From contig CM082581.2 in the NCBI GenBank assembly GCA_040954595.2, positions 3,464,699-3,528,698 of the forward strand: a stretch of DNA of 64,000 bases. The letters are read 5' to 3'. Every line of letters begins with the position of its first letter. The first letter of the stretch is position 1. The notes under the pieces are model-generated. The model had not been told where the DNA came from. It worked only from the letters and a program-made list of their open reading frames with translations, and searched no databases. Position numbers and translations under genes: made by a program. This document shows, one piece after another, positions 1 through 34,818 of the stretch. The DNA comes from Balanoglossus misakiensis. Taxonomy: Eukaryota > Animalia > Hemichordata.

Positions 1-159
1 CCACCCAATGGCCATGCATCATTAACTTTCTACCATCAAGCATCAGCAAAAGAATATTGGATATCTCTCAAAATAAGAGGATGTTGAAGAATGCTGCCCA
101 CACATAAAGTGAAGCTCTACAGGCAGAACCTGGTAATTGCTGCAATGAATTATGTCTAC

Positions 160-4750
<4,591 letters not shown>

Positions 4751-5454
4751 CTTGGCTGTAGGTCTGCAGAAAAAAAGTTCAATATAAACATATATATGTC
4801 ATAATTACGAATAATATCATTATATCACTGGTGAATGATCACGTTCTTCATAATTTACATTAATTTTTCATGTAGTCTTCAAATGACTGTTTGGTGGCTC
4901 TTTATTCGTGTGGCCACTCTGTGAAAATCTGTGATTTGCTATATCTCAAATTTCCATGTAAACTGTGGCTAAATTGTCATGTACCTTTAAATGCTATCTT
5001 AATTCATATTTATATTAATTTATTTGCGGTGAAACAGTTGTCTTAATAAGACTTAAATTTCATTTCCCGGATGTCTGCAACGTGCCCAGTTCATGTGTCT
5101 TGTGAGAAAATATCGACCCATCAATTTTAAGCAACAAATGTGGATTCAGAAAATAAACCTCCAAATAATTCTCCACAACCAAGACTCCTTCTGGAGTATA
5201 ATTAGCATAATTGGAATAATAAAGGGTCCACTTAATTCAACAAAAATTTCACACTAGACGGAGTCTTGCAATTTTCATTGCATTTATTTATTTATTTATT
5301 AATCCAACTTTTCATTTTCCAACAATGATAATACAGTGTATAAGAATTGTTTTCATTATATACCACATCAAAAAGGTTGGATTAATGCAACAAAAATGCT
5401 TCTCCACAACCAATAATTTTTTTTCATTATAGAGTGAAATTTTGGTTGCATTAG

Positions 5455-5634
5455 AGGTATACGGTCACCTCCAATTTACATATCGCCATATACATGTATA
5501 GTTGAAATGGCGTAGTTGAGTGTTCTAAAGAACACTTTATTTTCGCGTGTGCCACCCACTGAAAATCTGTGATTGGTTAGATCTCAATTTACCATGGTAA
5601 CTGTGGCTAAATTTGTATAGGTGACCGTATACCT
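5455..5634. mobile_element. ~185-bp MITE family A (AGGTATACGGTCACCT TIR, TTAA target; Kolobok-like)
   Basis: Same family at 6792-6976, 33452-33641 and 34634-34818; fragments at ~4905-4990, ~18960-19015 and ~19500-19545. Left flank here is TTAG, right flank TTAA. Confidence 0.85.
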
Positions 5635-6427
5635 TTAATAATCCAAACTTTATTCCAATGATGATACTATTACATGTATAATTATATTATTATTATTATC
5701 ATCATCATTACGCCACAGTTTAAATCACAATACCACAACTATGCACTGCGATTGATATCATATATAAATTATAGACAGGGAGAAGGCAGAGAGATACAGG
5801 GACACATTCCCTCCACACTGTGTGTGGTGATGGACTATGAGGACAAACGGCAGATAAAACAATGCTGTACTTGTATACTTGCATAGTTGTAAAACTCCAA
5901 CAACAAATGATTTACTAATTTTCTATTCATCAAGCAAGAACATTTATGTTGTATGAATATATTACAGGTCGCCTGATGTTAAATTTGAGTTAAGGGATTG
6001 CTGTTTATTATTACTGAGAATTTAGAAAGGTACTCTACTGTACAGTGAACAAAATGGTGGACATGATATGCGGGATGTGCACATCATGTACGCAAAAACT
6101 GCAAATATAAGAGGTGACAGCTGTTCACGAATTCCATAGCAAAAGACAATTCACACATCGATCGTTCGTGTTCTCAGAACCATAGCCAATTTCTGTGATT
6201 GAAACTTTATCTCCGTTACACATACAAAATTTAAGTTATAAAACAATGTTTATGGCAATGTTCAGCAAACACGGAAGTAAAGTGACACGGAAATAGGTCA
6301 ACAAATCACAACGATACACCACCACACGTAGAATTAAAAGTTTCACAAAATCTGTTGTTGGAATCTTCCAAAAGTGTTGAACTTCTAGAAGAAATACACA
6401 GTACATGTATCTTGTGTCACAACTTAC

Positions 6428-6535
6428 CAGATATTCTCCTGTTTATGACTACCCAGTGGGTAACGCTCCTAACACCAGGAGCGATCGCACCCTGTCCTGC
6501 TTCGGTATGTCACACCCAAATACGGAAGTAGCTGG
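6428..6535 (-). promoter_or_regulatory. Probable 5' non-coding exon and promoter of CYFIP
   Basis: Minus-strand GTAAGT donor at 6427-6422, locally higher CpG content, ETS-like CGGAAGT at ~6523. TSS not determinable from sequence. Confidence 0.45.
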
Positions 6536-6791
6536 TGCACTGATTTATATACATGTACCTGGATGACAGTTTGGAAATGTCGAGGTCACTGAGGTCTTCG
6601 GTCACATGTTCAAGCGATTTTCAAAAGTTTGCCTTCTATTTTTTCCACTGCTACCAAAATTCTCCTACTATTAAATTACTTGTTGACAGTCACTTCACAG
6701 TGGAGTCTATTGCAGCAAAGTAAGTTTATCACGTACGTGTTTGTTTGTTTGCGGATCACAACCCTCTTGTGGCAGCGAGCTGAGCACTTAA

Positions 6792-6976
6792 AGGTATACT
6801 GTCACCTATGGAAAATTAGCTATAGTTACCATGGCGAATTGAAATCTAGCCAATCACAGATTTTCAGTGGGTGGCACACGCGAAAAAAAGAGTGCCACCA
6901 TATGTTCTTTAGAACGCTCAAATACCCCATTTCAGCCATATATGGACGTATGTAAATTGGAGGTGACTGTATACCT
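6792..6976. mobile_element. MITE family A copy
   Basis: ttaa|AGGTATACTGTCACCT ... AGGTGACTGTATACCT|ttaa. Confidence 0.88.
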
Positions 6977-7037
6977 TTAAACTCCTGCCAGTCTTTGGAA
7001 GGAAGTTGCGTGCAAAATATTGTTGAGTGTGTTTGTT

Positions 7038-7059
7038 CATAGACCCTCGAGGGTCTATG
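7038..7059. repeat. 22-bp perfect palindrome flanked by a 7-bp direct repeat (candidate P-type excision footprint)
   Basis: gtttgtt|CATAGACCCTCGAGGGTCTATG|gtttgtt. Confidence 0.65.
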
Positions 7060-7139
7060 GTTTGTTGTACTTCAGGTCGAGATGCAGCTAACTCCAGGCG
7101 TCGCTCGCCACTCAACTCGCTCACATGCGAGAAAGGTTA

Positions 7140-7660
7140 GGGACCGTTCATTTTTTTACGGCTGGGGGGGGGGGTCACTTATATCTGTATATTTTGAAAT
7201 CCAAAGGGGGGGGGGTCATCTTTTTTTCCGATGTTTTTTTTTGGTAGGGGGGGGGGGTCACATACTACTTTGCCCCCCCCCCCCCCACTTCTGCTTTTGA
7301 GTCCACAAAAATGCAGTTTCGAGCCCTTTATTTTACAAAAGTTTCTAATGTGGGAGGGCCACACCCACCCCTTCATTCTTCGCCACATTTCACTTATTGG
7401 CTGGTTTGTCTAGTGTACTAGAGCAGAGTACTACTACTACTTGCCACCCCACCACACCAATGCTAACTTTGAGTGGCAAACTTAAATTTGTCCTCCCCAG
7501 CATTTAGTTTTTTTAAATTAATATTGTGAGTTCATTAAAATGCAACTTTGCGCTCCGTATTTTACAAAATTTTCTTATGTGGGAGGGGGATACACCCACC
7601 CCCTTCACTTCTTGTTTTACCAATTCTGCCCACTATTGTATTGACTTTACAGGTGAATTA
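7140..7660. mobile_element. G/C-run-rich non-autonomous element (Harbinger-like), partial
   Basis: Starts tta|GGGACCGTTCA. Internal sequence (TTTTGAGTCCACAAAA..TGCAGTTTCG..CCCTTTATTTTACAAAA..TGTGGGAGGG) is shared with the element at 38935-39732. Right end not located. Confidence 0.55.
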
Positions 7661-9115
7661 AACAAATATAAGAAAACTTGTCCTAAAAATGTTGACCATA
7701 AGTATGACACATACATGCATATACACACATACAGATTATTTATATACCATGCTTAGACTCTATAAACTCCACACTTTTTGCTATAAGCAAAGGCTTCTGA
7801 AGGGCTTGCCAATGGGTAATAGACTTTATATAATAGAGCAAATCATATGCACAGTTCACAAACACAATGTCATAAAACTATTAAATTACTTAACAGATGA
7901 CATAAGAAAATATAATTATGCAACAGTTTCTTTGAACAAATTTAAAGGGACAGAACCTCTTTGGAAAAAAAGTTAAGTTTTATTCAAATTTCTTCATCAA
8001 ATTGTACATTTGTTGAGACTACCTTTAAACTTAATGCTAAAGCAACACACAACCATACCTTGTTGTTCAAAAATTGTGAAATGATTATATTATTTGCATG
8101 TATCTGCATAAATATGACACAATCTCACATGATGAAAAACCGCAACATGTTTGGTGGGCATATCAAAAATACAGGCTCTTTCTAATGTCACATGAAGTGT
8201 AGCAGAGAGCTCTATAACTATATTGATCAATGCATGAACTCAAATGACTTGTTCTGTTATAAGCCCGCCAACAACTTTCTACAAGTCTGGCTAACATCCT
8301 AAATTGTTAAATGAACAAAAGAGAACTTCAGCAAACATGAACATAAACACAGCACCAACTAAATAGGATTGACAAAGGATACAAAATTACAAGGATACTA
8401 TAAATGTACGGTGTTTTTGTCAAGGGTGGTACTCCAGCAAATGCAACTGGCATTCCCCAGTCATTTCACTTGGGTTCCTCAAGGTATATGAATGCAGTAA
8501 TATCAGTGGGTAGCAGAAATAATAATACCTGGGTTACCAAAATCATTTACCAATCTTCCCCAACCTTAGCTAAAACAATGGTGTAAACATTGAATCTGCT
8601 CTACAGTTAAACTTGAAATCAAGAGCCATGATTTTCTATCAGAATGAAAAGTGTACAACTATAATTGACCCCCCCCCCCCCTCACGTCCTCTATGTACAT
8701 AAGCTTCCACAACTGAACAGTTCCAGTGCTGCAATGCAGTTCAATCCTGTTGATTTCAATGGCATGGTTGGGTCTATATTTAGAGTTGATCAGGTTCTCA
8801 CTGATGGTTTGACAAACTGGCTTCAGCGAAGACTTATGTTAATGCTTGTGTTTGTTTCAATTTCATCCTAGTCTATGGTTAAGGTTTTGAACACTTGAAC
8901 TGCAACTTCGGATGCTCTTCACAGAGAAAAAGTTGAAAAACTGGTCTGTCAAACTTTTCAAGTGAAACCAGGCACGCTTTACAATTACAATCAAGATCTC
9001 TTTCGCCATTTTAGTGGCAAAAATGCAACATTGCAATTCGTCAAACAGTCATTCAACATGTATGTATTGACAGTCACTGGATAACAAGCCGTTCCAACTT
9101 CCAAGAGACAAAACT

Positions 9116-25808
<16,693 letters not shown>

Positions 25809-27299
25809 TGTTGTTAGTTATATTCCCCTTTCCAACACTCTAACGGGAGATAACTTGCCCGAAAGTCGAAATTAACTAGCTCACTGCGACATGCAAGGAT
25901 ATCACATGCACTCTCGATCGAGCGCCTGAGTGCTTGTTCGTTTGTTCGTGCATACTATTCTCTCTACTAGGAAAAATACAGAGGGCGCACTGTATTGAAC
26001 AATATGAATGACATGTATTTGACAGGATCGTTGGGATAAAGGATACGGAGCCAATTTTGATCAAAATTGTTATAGAGATGTTGTTTCCCACCATGTATTC
26101 ATATATTTCGAGACCCCTCAGTCATCAACAATCAATAACATGCAAATTTGCATATTTTAGTTTAATTTAATTTACTGCTTTGAAGGTAAATTTACACATT
26201 TTCAGTTTTTGTCAAACTATGTGTACATATGAGCATATTCATTTCATATTACTGTGGTTTGTCATAATGTGGTCTATGTTTTAATTTATCTATCACAACT
26301 AGCCAGGTGCATGGTGTGTGGACTTGGATGCCGTGGGCAGACAAACACACACACAAAACAGAATCTAAAAGTTAACACACTTGAAAATACTTATTAAAAT
26401 GGTCTTATAGTCCCTAGACCCATATAGACCCTAGGGTCAGACAAAACTCTGGCGTGGAACACAGCAGACATAACCAGATAACGCGATATCCATGTTATAA
26501 CTTCAATTTCAGACACAAGAATGGTTAATTAAGTTATTTAAACTGTTGGCAATTGATATATCTTTTTTTCGTGTATCTGTTGGCACTTCCAACTTGAGTG
26601 TGCATGCATCTAACTACTAGCTGCAATAATTGTAGCTCCGATGGGTGCCATAATAAATAATTAACTTCTTTGGGTAAATTATGGCATAATTATAACGAGT
26701 ACCTACAGCCAAATTTATCAACTTTTGCCTAATAAAATTTGCTTTGCTGCTACTTCGACTTGAGGGTGCATCCATTTGAGCAGCGCAGCCAGCGGCGCGG
26801 CGGGGGAAAGCGCCCGCACTGGCCCGCACTGAAAAAATGGGATCTACCATTATTCGGGGGTAGGAGCGAGACCAGGTAGTTTGGGCCGTAATCAGATCAC
26901 TTCAGATAGCCATATTGTAAGTCTTTGAGCGGCGGTGTGGCACTGAAGTCTGTGGAGAGGGAATCGTTGGTTACGTAAGGTATGTTGTGTTCATACTCCT
27001 GATGATTTACATTTTGTACACTCAAAACAAAAACAAGATAGGTCCACAACTGCCATGCCATTATATGTACCACAGTGACCCCATGCCAAACACGCGTTCT
27101 GTCATGTACCGTCTTATGAAAAGTACAAGCTGCAGTGAGGAGAGACGCTTCTACATCCAGCTTTTGACCCATCACTGTTTACTACACTACAGTAAAAACG
27201 GAACAACGTTCGATTTTATGTTTATTTATGTTAGAGGTAGCTGTGGTACGCAGCTGTACCGTTGGGGGGGGGGGCTGATTACCCGTTGGGAGAATCAGC

Positions 27300-27332
<33 letters not shown>

Positions 27333-28356
27333 ACGGTAGAGCTAGATGCGAGGTGAACGATTATCACGTGATTGTCCAAGGTGGTTGAGATATGTTTTGG
27401 TCTACATGTTAAGTGTGAGTATGTAGCAATGAGGGTTATTGCGGAAGACAGTGGAATCAAGACAAGTAAAGTACATTCACATGCAGTCCCTCTAGCCTCA
27501 TTGCCAACAGGGGTTAATTGAGGACACAGAATGGTATCATGAAAAGTGGGTCAAATCAATATAGCTCAGCCAGGTGAACTAAATCGGCTAGTTTAGGGCC
27601 AGGAAATTTCATGATTTATAACAAAGAGGTGGTCAGAGGAATCAGGGGAGGGTGTCATTTTAGATTTGGAAATTCGACAAATTTCTACCATTTATGCTGA
27701 TATCAAATTCCATAGTGAAAATTTTGTATTTCCTGTGAAATCAAGTTGTTGTTTTGATTGCATCAGAAATGGTAATCATACGAGAATGTCAGTTTTGCCC
27801 TGATTGGAGGAAAAGTTGAATGACATACATCACGTGGAGGTATTGTTAGAAATCAGAAATGCAATTATGAAGGTGTGGAGAATGTCAACAAAAGGAGCAT
27901 CTTAATTATGAATACTTGTTCTTAATTGCTACACTGATCAGGGCTCTCAGCAGGCCATTAAAGCATAAGTGGGCAACAATACAAATTAATTAACATAACA
28001 ATTGTGTCTATTGTTGTGCAAAACCACCACTACTCAATAATAAATTCTGCGGGAGAACACTACTCCTCTTGCACTATCATATGATCAGAATACGTGTTTC
28101 GCTGTCCAAGACTTGTTACACTTCTCAGACTAGAGGCCACAGTTCATCAGATAACTTTCCTGTTGGCTGGCCAACTATAGCCATTAATTATCACACATAG
28201 CAGTTTAGCAGATTGTGTGATATTTTCCCTTGCCAAAATTGGGGTTACCAAAACCACTAGCTCCCATATACACACTTTGGGTGCACTTATAATTGTAACA
28301 CAGACTGCCTCAAATTGTGTTGGGATGTACTTCAAGTTCAATGGCACCAGAAATAT

Positions 28357-28549
28357 TCTGAAAACCGGGAAATTTTTAAGAACAGTAAATTTTCGTGAAC
28401 TTCACGAGAGGCAATAAAATGCAAAAATAAAAAGTCGCGTAAAAATGTTTTTCGGAGATACCGTTTGGGAGAAATACGAGAACACAAAAATTAATCCTCG
28501 CGTAAGAGTTGCCTCTTTTGATATTGCGGAAATTTCCCATTTTACAGTA
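28357..28549. mobile_element. MITE family D (TACTGTAAAA..GGGAAATTTT / TTTACAGTA ends)
   Basis: Related copies or fragments at ~895-990, ~20605-20812, ~33953-34108 and ~49945-50004. Confidence 0.6.
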
Positions 28550-29418
28550 CATGTACCTAACATTAAAGGTCCAGTCCAGTCCACTCCAAAATGCCTTGAA
28601 TTGACTTCTGTAGTAGTGTTTGGGGGAAGGTTGTAATTGGTGTGGGTGTGCTTGCCCCCAAATAAATATAGGCAATGAGGACAAGCTTGCCAGATAAGAG
28701 TTGGACTACTTTGGTCTTAGTATTGATTGGGTTAGGATTGCCCTAGATTTGAGCTGGTGTTATGTGTAAATGGTAGTGTGATTGCATTACACCATTCCAT
28801 GGTCCCAGCTGCAGCTTGGCTCATTTGATTTCAGGCATAGAAATGACATTGTTTATTTTATTGGCCCTAAGTCAGAAACTGACTTGCAGCTAGAAGTATC
28901 AACACAGACCAAATGTACCAGTAATCCCAGAGAAGACATTTAATGGCCAAGAAAATGTGAACTACATTTCTGAGAGATACTCCTCGGGACAGAGACAAGA
29001 TAATATGACTCACTTTAAAGCTCTGTAACTTTGCACTATATTTTCAGTATGTTTGTTTTTTGTATCTACTGCTGCAGTTTCCCTACAATATGATGAATTG
29101 CCCAGTATCCAGCTTGTTAACACAACCTATGAATATATAATCAGCATTGTTATTGTGCAAAATTTGTATTCTGAAAATAAAACCAAAAGATACAGTTAAT
29201 TTTCTTACAATATAATGTCAAATCTTGTGTGACCCAAAACAAAAATGAACTTCAAACTAGTACATATCACCAGCAGTCAGTTCGTTCCTGCATGAGGATA
29301 TCTTCCAAAGTAATAGAACTGGACTGGTACCGGTATATATTATTAAGAAAACAAATCTCACTTATTTGTTTGTATGTTTTTCTATGTCCTTCAATATTTT
29401 AGGTATTGAACAAGCACC

Positions 29419-32400
29419 ATGTTAAGTAGACTGAGTGTGTTGCGTCAAGTTGCGCCACGTCTCTGTCGTGCTCAGGGCACCAAAGCAAGTCCAGCGCCGT
29501 CCCAAGCTGCTGAAAAACTTTTCAAAAAAGAGGAAAAGTATGGTGCACACAACTATGCCCCAATTCCAGTTGCCCTATCCAAAGGAGAAGGTATGTCTAC
29601 AGTGCAGCTTAGGAATAGCTTTCCAATTTGCTAACAACTTGCTGACACGGTGTTTATAATGAGCCAACACAGTGTTAGCCTGTGTGTTCCAAGTGTTACA
29701 AAGGTGTGAATCTGTTGGCCCTGGCACTTGGCATTGTTCAGTGTTAGCATGTGCTACAAAGGTGTTAAACCTTGGCGCACCCTATTGTTTTGGCACACAG
29801 TGTTAGCCTGTGTGTTCCAAGTGTTACAAAGGTGTGAATCTGTTGGCCCTGGCACTTGGCATTGTTCAGTGTTAGCACCTTGGAGCACCCTATTGTTTTG
29901 GAACACCCCAGTTAAACACAAGCCCAATAGGTGCTAATTAGAGCGCCAATAGGGTGCCAACCCAGAGTTGACCCAGTGTTGGTGCAGTTGGAAAGCTATT
30001 CCTAAGCTGCACTGTAGTTCTGTGTTTGAATTGTAAATATATCAGTCACTAAAGGTAGTGCGAACCTTTAATAGGGAAGATCTTCAGAAAAATGGTGTCC
30101 TGCAAATACGTCAATTCATCGGTATATGAAATTGTGTGAAAAGACTTTTTTTTAAGAAAAAAAGGAGAAAGTAGCATGTTTACTTTCTTTCCATAACAAT
30201 CACTATTTTAACCCTTTCACCCCCAGTTCCCTCCATAGAAGTCCAAACTTACTACAGAAAACAATGGGTTTGGACTGAACCATAGTAGTGAAAGGGTTAA
30301 TGTATGTCCATGGAATTAACATAGAGATTGACAACCTTTTTGAATTTCAGAGTTGACGCAATTTGACACTTTCATTTATTCATTTAATATTTCGTGTTGT
30401 GACCCCACCCCAATTTTATTCCCAATTTAAAAGGAGAATAATCTAAATTTGCCTTGAGCAAATTAAGAGAAAAATTGTAAGAATTTTGAGGTGCATTCTG
30501 CCTTTTTGTCGCTTGAATGTTTAGAGAAAACATAGGCATTAGTTTATTCACTGAACCAGATCCAGCACTTTGAAATTGAACTGAGATTTAATTGACATGG
30601 CAGATTGAATTCTGCTTGTAATTTCATCAATAAAGCTGTCAGGTTCATTCAGGGATGACACTACCTTTTTGCATAGTCTGCATACTCTGTACAAATTACA
30701 ATGGCATTGGGGTCACTCAAAATGTGTCACTAAAAGTCTAACCAAATCAAAGTGGAAGTATAACACTGACTTCTATAGGTATCAATAGCGATGATGTCAT
30801 TTCCCCATTATTTGCACATTGCAAAACAATTTATCTGGAAAAAAATCAAAATACATTCCTAAAAGAGTAGCTAGGAAGTATGAATGTTATTAGATAGTTC
30901 CTATATGTACATGTACGGTAGTCTGTGGGTAGGACTTTACAATAATTTGTAGGTTGATGTACCGCTTACGGCTAATATGTACTAGAGGCCAGTCTCTTTA
31001 GTAATCACTAAATTACATTTGTACCTTTTATGTTTTTTTTAAAGATTTTACAATGGGTAATTGATGGAAAATTGACAAGAGTAAACTATATGTGTTGTAT
31101 AATTTTATTTTTAGGTGTCTTTGTATGGGATGTTGATGGTAACAGGTACTATGACTTTCTGAGTGCTTATAGTGCTGTCAATCAAGGTCATTGTCATCCG
31201 AAGATAGTGAAAGCACTACAAGATCAGGCATCTAAATTGGCCTTGACCTCGCGTGCTTTCCACAATGACATCTTAGGTGACTATGAAGAGTATATCACTG
31301 GACTGTTTGGTTATGACAAAGTCTTACCAATGAACACAGGTGGGTTTTATGCTTTGATGTTATCCATTCCTCTTGTGCCTCATCGTACAGTACTTTCTGG
31401 CAATATCTAATGTGGTAGTTGCTGCAATGACTCCAGACACTCTCAACGTTTTATGTAACGACACAAAACATCAGCAGTGTGTGGCCCTTTAACAGGGAAA
31501 TATTCATAATCTGACTCAAAAAATAACCAAGTTATTTTATAGTGGATAAAAGAGAAAGCACACATTTGTTTACTATAATTTCTATTTGCTTGTGATATTT
31601 GGACAAGCCACAACATATGCCAGGCAAAAAATGACAGCTGATAATCAATTTACTGTGGGATTTTCATTGATTTTTTGGGGGGGGGGGGAGTGTGCACTAG
31701 CTGGAAATCAATACACGAATATGGGTCACCCCTTCTGCTGTTTTTGAATGTTATGAATGTGTGTCAATGACATTAGGGACATAAAATGGTTATCTGGTTG
31801 GACAACCAACTAGGAGAATTAGAAGTTTTAGATGTCCAGGGAGACCAACTACAAATTATTTTGAGGCTTGGTGTTGGAAATTGCTCAGTGAGAGATCAAA
31901 TACACCTGGTACAGGACAGTATATCATTCATACATTTGTATAGAGCAGTTTTGATCAAATGTGAGCACAGTGCCCTTGATGCTATTTTTCTCATTTGACC
32001 CAAGGTGTTGAAGGAGGTGAAAGTGCATGTAAGCTTGCCAGAAAATGGGCGTACAAGGTGAAGAAGATCCCCAAAAACCAAGCCAAGATTATTTTTGCTG
32101 CCAATAATTTCTGGGGTCGTACCTTAGCAGCTGTATCCAGCTCCACTGATCCATCTGCATATGAGGATTATGGACCTTACATGCCTGGCTTTGAAATTAT
32201 CCCTTACAATGATCTTGCTGCTTTACAGGTATAGATCACATAAGTGTTATGCCTTAGAATTATACGTGAATTAATTTATACCATTAATCCTTGCACAGTA
32301 CTCATAAATGAATAAAAAAGTTAAAAATTACAGATAGTGTCCCTTGTACCAGTATATGTAAAAAGCTAGGTGTGTGAAATGATCTATTTTTTTAAATACT

Positions 32401-34435
32401 TCTTTCAGAAATCATGCAGTGATCCGAATGTGTGTGCTTTTATGGTAGAACCAATCCAAGGTGAGGCTGGTGTCTTTGTACCAGACCCAGGCTATCTAAA
32501 AGGTGTCAGAGACATATGCACCAAAAATAATGTAAGTACCAGTATGTCATCACAATAATATCAGTAGGTTTTACTAATTCTATATCAATTCTCTACACTT
32601 AAATTCCCAGACTAACATATACCATTGAAAAAATGTGAATATTTTTTGAAGAAGAGATTAATAAAACTGTGACATCAGAGACCATTGTAGACCCTTCCTC
32701 TAGATGACATCAATGTTTTTAACCCAAAATAACTGATCATAAGCAAATATATCATACTAACAATATCAATTTGTAAAGCCTTTGCTAATTGTCGGCTATG
32801 GAGAAGATTTGTCCCTTCCAGAATCAATGCATGTCTAAAGTATTAACATTCAGTTATAGAAACAGTGCTTCACATCACTTAATGAAATCTTCCATTCTGG
32901 GCCTTGATTACTCATAATTAAAAAAATATATGTGAAGTCCAGTTCTTAAATGTACTACAGTGGCAATGGAAAGAAAACTCCAAAACTAAGATTTTTCTTT
33001 GATAAATATATGTTGAATATGAATGTTTGTTGTACTCTGCAGGTTCTTTTTATTGCTGATGAAGTTCAGACTGGTCTATCCAGGACTGGCAAGCGATTGT
33101 GTGTGGATCATGAAGATGTACGACCAGACATTGTTATACTGGGCAAAGCATTGTCAGGAGGTCTTTATCCCGTAAGTTTCAATAATTTGTTCATTCGTCC
33201 AAATTTTCGTGTACTACCAACCAAGTCTGACCAATCTTTGTTCTGGTTATGACAAAGCAAGAAAAATGGCATAGAACAGGAATAATACATGTTCATAATG
33301 GTATCTGTTTGTAAGCGTATTTGTTAGCTTAGAAGCATTTACTAAAGACATACCTGAAACAAACCCCTGAGTCACATTGATAAACCAAGGCAATATAGAA
33401 TACAAGAATGCATGTTTGTCACCATGTAAACTTGCTTTCCACCCATGTTAAAGGTATATGGTCACCTATGCAAATTTAGCTACAGTCACTATGGCAAATT
33501 GAGGTCTAGCTAATGACAGATTTTCAGCGGGTGGCACATGCGAAAGAAAGAGTGCTGCCATATGTTCTTTAGAAGTGAACACTCAAATGTGCCATTTCAG
33601 CCATATATGGGCGTGTGTAAATTGAAGGTGTCCGTAAACCTTTAACTTTGATGCGTTGTGATGCTTTCCAGGTTTCAGCTGTTCTCTGCGATGATGAAAT
33701 CATGCTGACCATCAAACCGGGAGAACATGGATCCACATACGGTGGCAACCCTGTGGGGTGCAAAGTAGCAATAGCATCACTTCAAGTATTGGAAGAGGAA
33801 AAACTGTCCGAAAATGCAGAGAGACTGGGACACATTCTACGCGCTGAACTGAACAAACTTGACCGCAACATTGTGACACAAGTGAGAGGCAAAGGACTGC
33901 TGAATGCCATTGTCATCAAGCCCACTCCAGGTATTGAAGATGCACGCACAGAATACTGTAAAATGGGAAATTTTCCCTTTTGATAAATTTCCGAGAACTT
34001 CGCGAGAGCCAAAAAAACGTGAAAATAAAAAGTCACTTAAAAATGTTTTTCAGATATATCGGTGCAGTGAAATACGAGAACATGGAAATTAATTGTTGAT
34101 TTTTACAGACTCTATCTGATAATCACCTCTTCCTTTATACTTGATCAGCAGATACAAAGCCACTCATTGATATGCATCATGGTCGTCAGTCATTCATGTA
34201 CATGTAACAAATGGGAGCACAGTGTCCCTGACACTATTTTTCTGAATTATTTCTCTGTTTGGTTTTTACAGATTATGATGCATGGAAGGTGTGTCTTCGT
34301 TTGCGTGACAACGGTCTTTTGTGCAAACCTACCCATCAAGACATCATTCGACTTGCTCCACCACTGGTCATAACAGAAGAACAGATACATGAATGTGTTG
34401 CCATCCTCTCTGAAACCATGGCATCATTCGGTTAA
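29419..34435 (+). CDS. OAT: Ornithine aminotransferase, mitochondrial
   Basis: Exons 29419-29590, 31115-31339, 32005-32228, 32409-32531, 33043-33171, 33672-33930, 34272-34435; total 1296 nt (431 aa). Arg-rich transit peptide, [48 protein letters not shown] lysine in [19 protein letters not shown]. Confidence 0.98.
29600..30014. mobile_element. TA-flanked TIR element with internal direct repeats, 9 nt downstream of the donor of the first OAT coding exon
   Basis: ta|CAGTGCAGCTTAGGAATAGCTTTCCAA ... TTGGAAAGCTATTCCTAAGCTGCACTG|ta; perfect 27-bp TIR; ~80-bp internal segment duplicated at ~29668 and ~29795. Confidence 0.85.
30212..30296. mobile_element. 85-bp piggyBac-like mini-MITE
   Basis: ttaa|CCCTTTCAC ... 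GTGAAAGGG|ttaa. Confidence 0.75.
33452..33641. mobile_element. MITE family A copy in an OAT intron
   Basis: TTAA-flanked, AGGTATATGGTCACCT left end. Confidence 0.8.
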
Positions 34436-34633
34436 ACATATCTTGCCTATTTTCATGGTTCCCTTGACTTCAAAACTAAAGCTTATTTCCAGTAATGGAA
34501 AAAAAATATCTTTTAGACATTGACAGTGAAACGGATCACATAATCATACTTTTAAATTGATGTTGGTAAATGTGACTGTGGGTGTAAGTTTTAAGGAAAA
34601 TCAGGATGATTTATCAATGTTTATTGATATTAA

Positions 34634-34818
34634 AGGTATACGGTCACCTATGCAAATTTAGCTACAGTTACCATGGCAAACTGAGATCTAGCCAATCACA
34701 GATTTTCAGTGGGTGGCACACGCGAAAACAAGAGCGCCACCATATGTTCTTTAGAACACTCAAATATGCCATTTCACCCATATATGGGCGTATGTAAATT
34801 AGGGGTGACCGTTTACCT
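34634..34818. mobile_element. MITE family A copy ~200 nt after the OAT stop codon
   Basis: ttaa|AGGTATACGGTCACCT ... GGTGACCGTTTACCT|ttaa. Confidence 0.85.

Noticed and set aside
43-159. In-frame continuation of CYFIP (NYQVLPVELHF...)
   Set aside because: A GT donor follows KFFK at 159-158 and the downstream peptide does not match the expected QVVPLFGDMQ exon; treated as intron.
7689-7976. LINE (CR1/L2) reverse-transcriptase C-terminal remnant (VIKLLNYLTDDIRK...SLNKFK)
   Set aside because: The resemblance is short and degenerate; it needs a profile search before it can be called.
29660-29900. CRISPR-like or satellite array
   Set aside because: Only two or three internal direct repeats inside a TA-flanked TIR element in a eukaryotic intron; no repeat-spacer structure.
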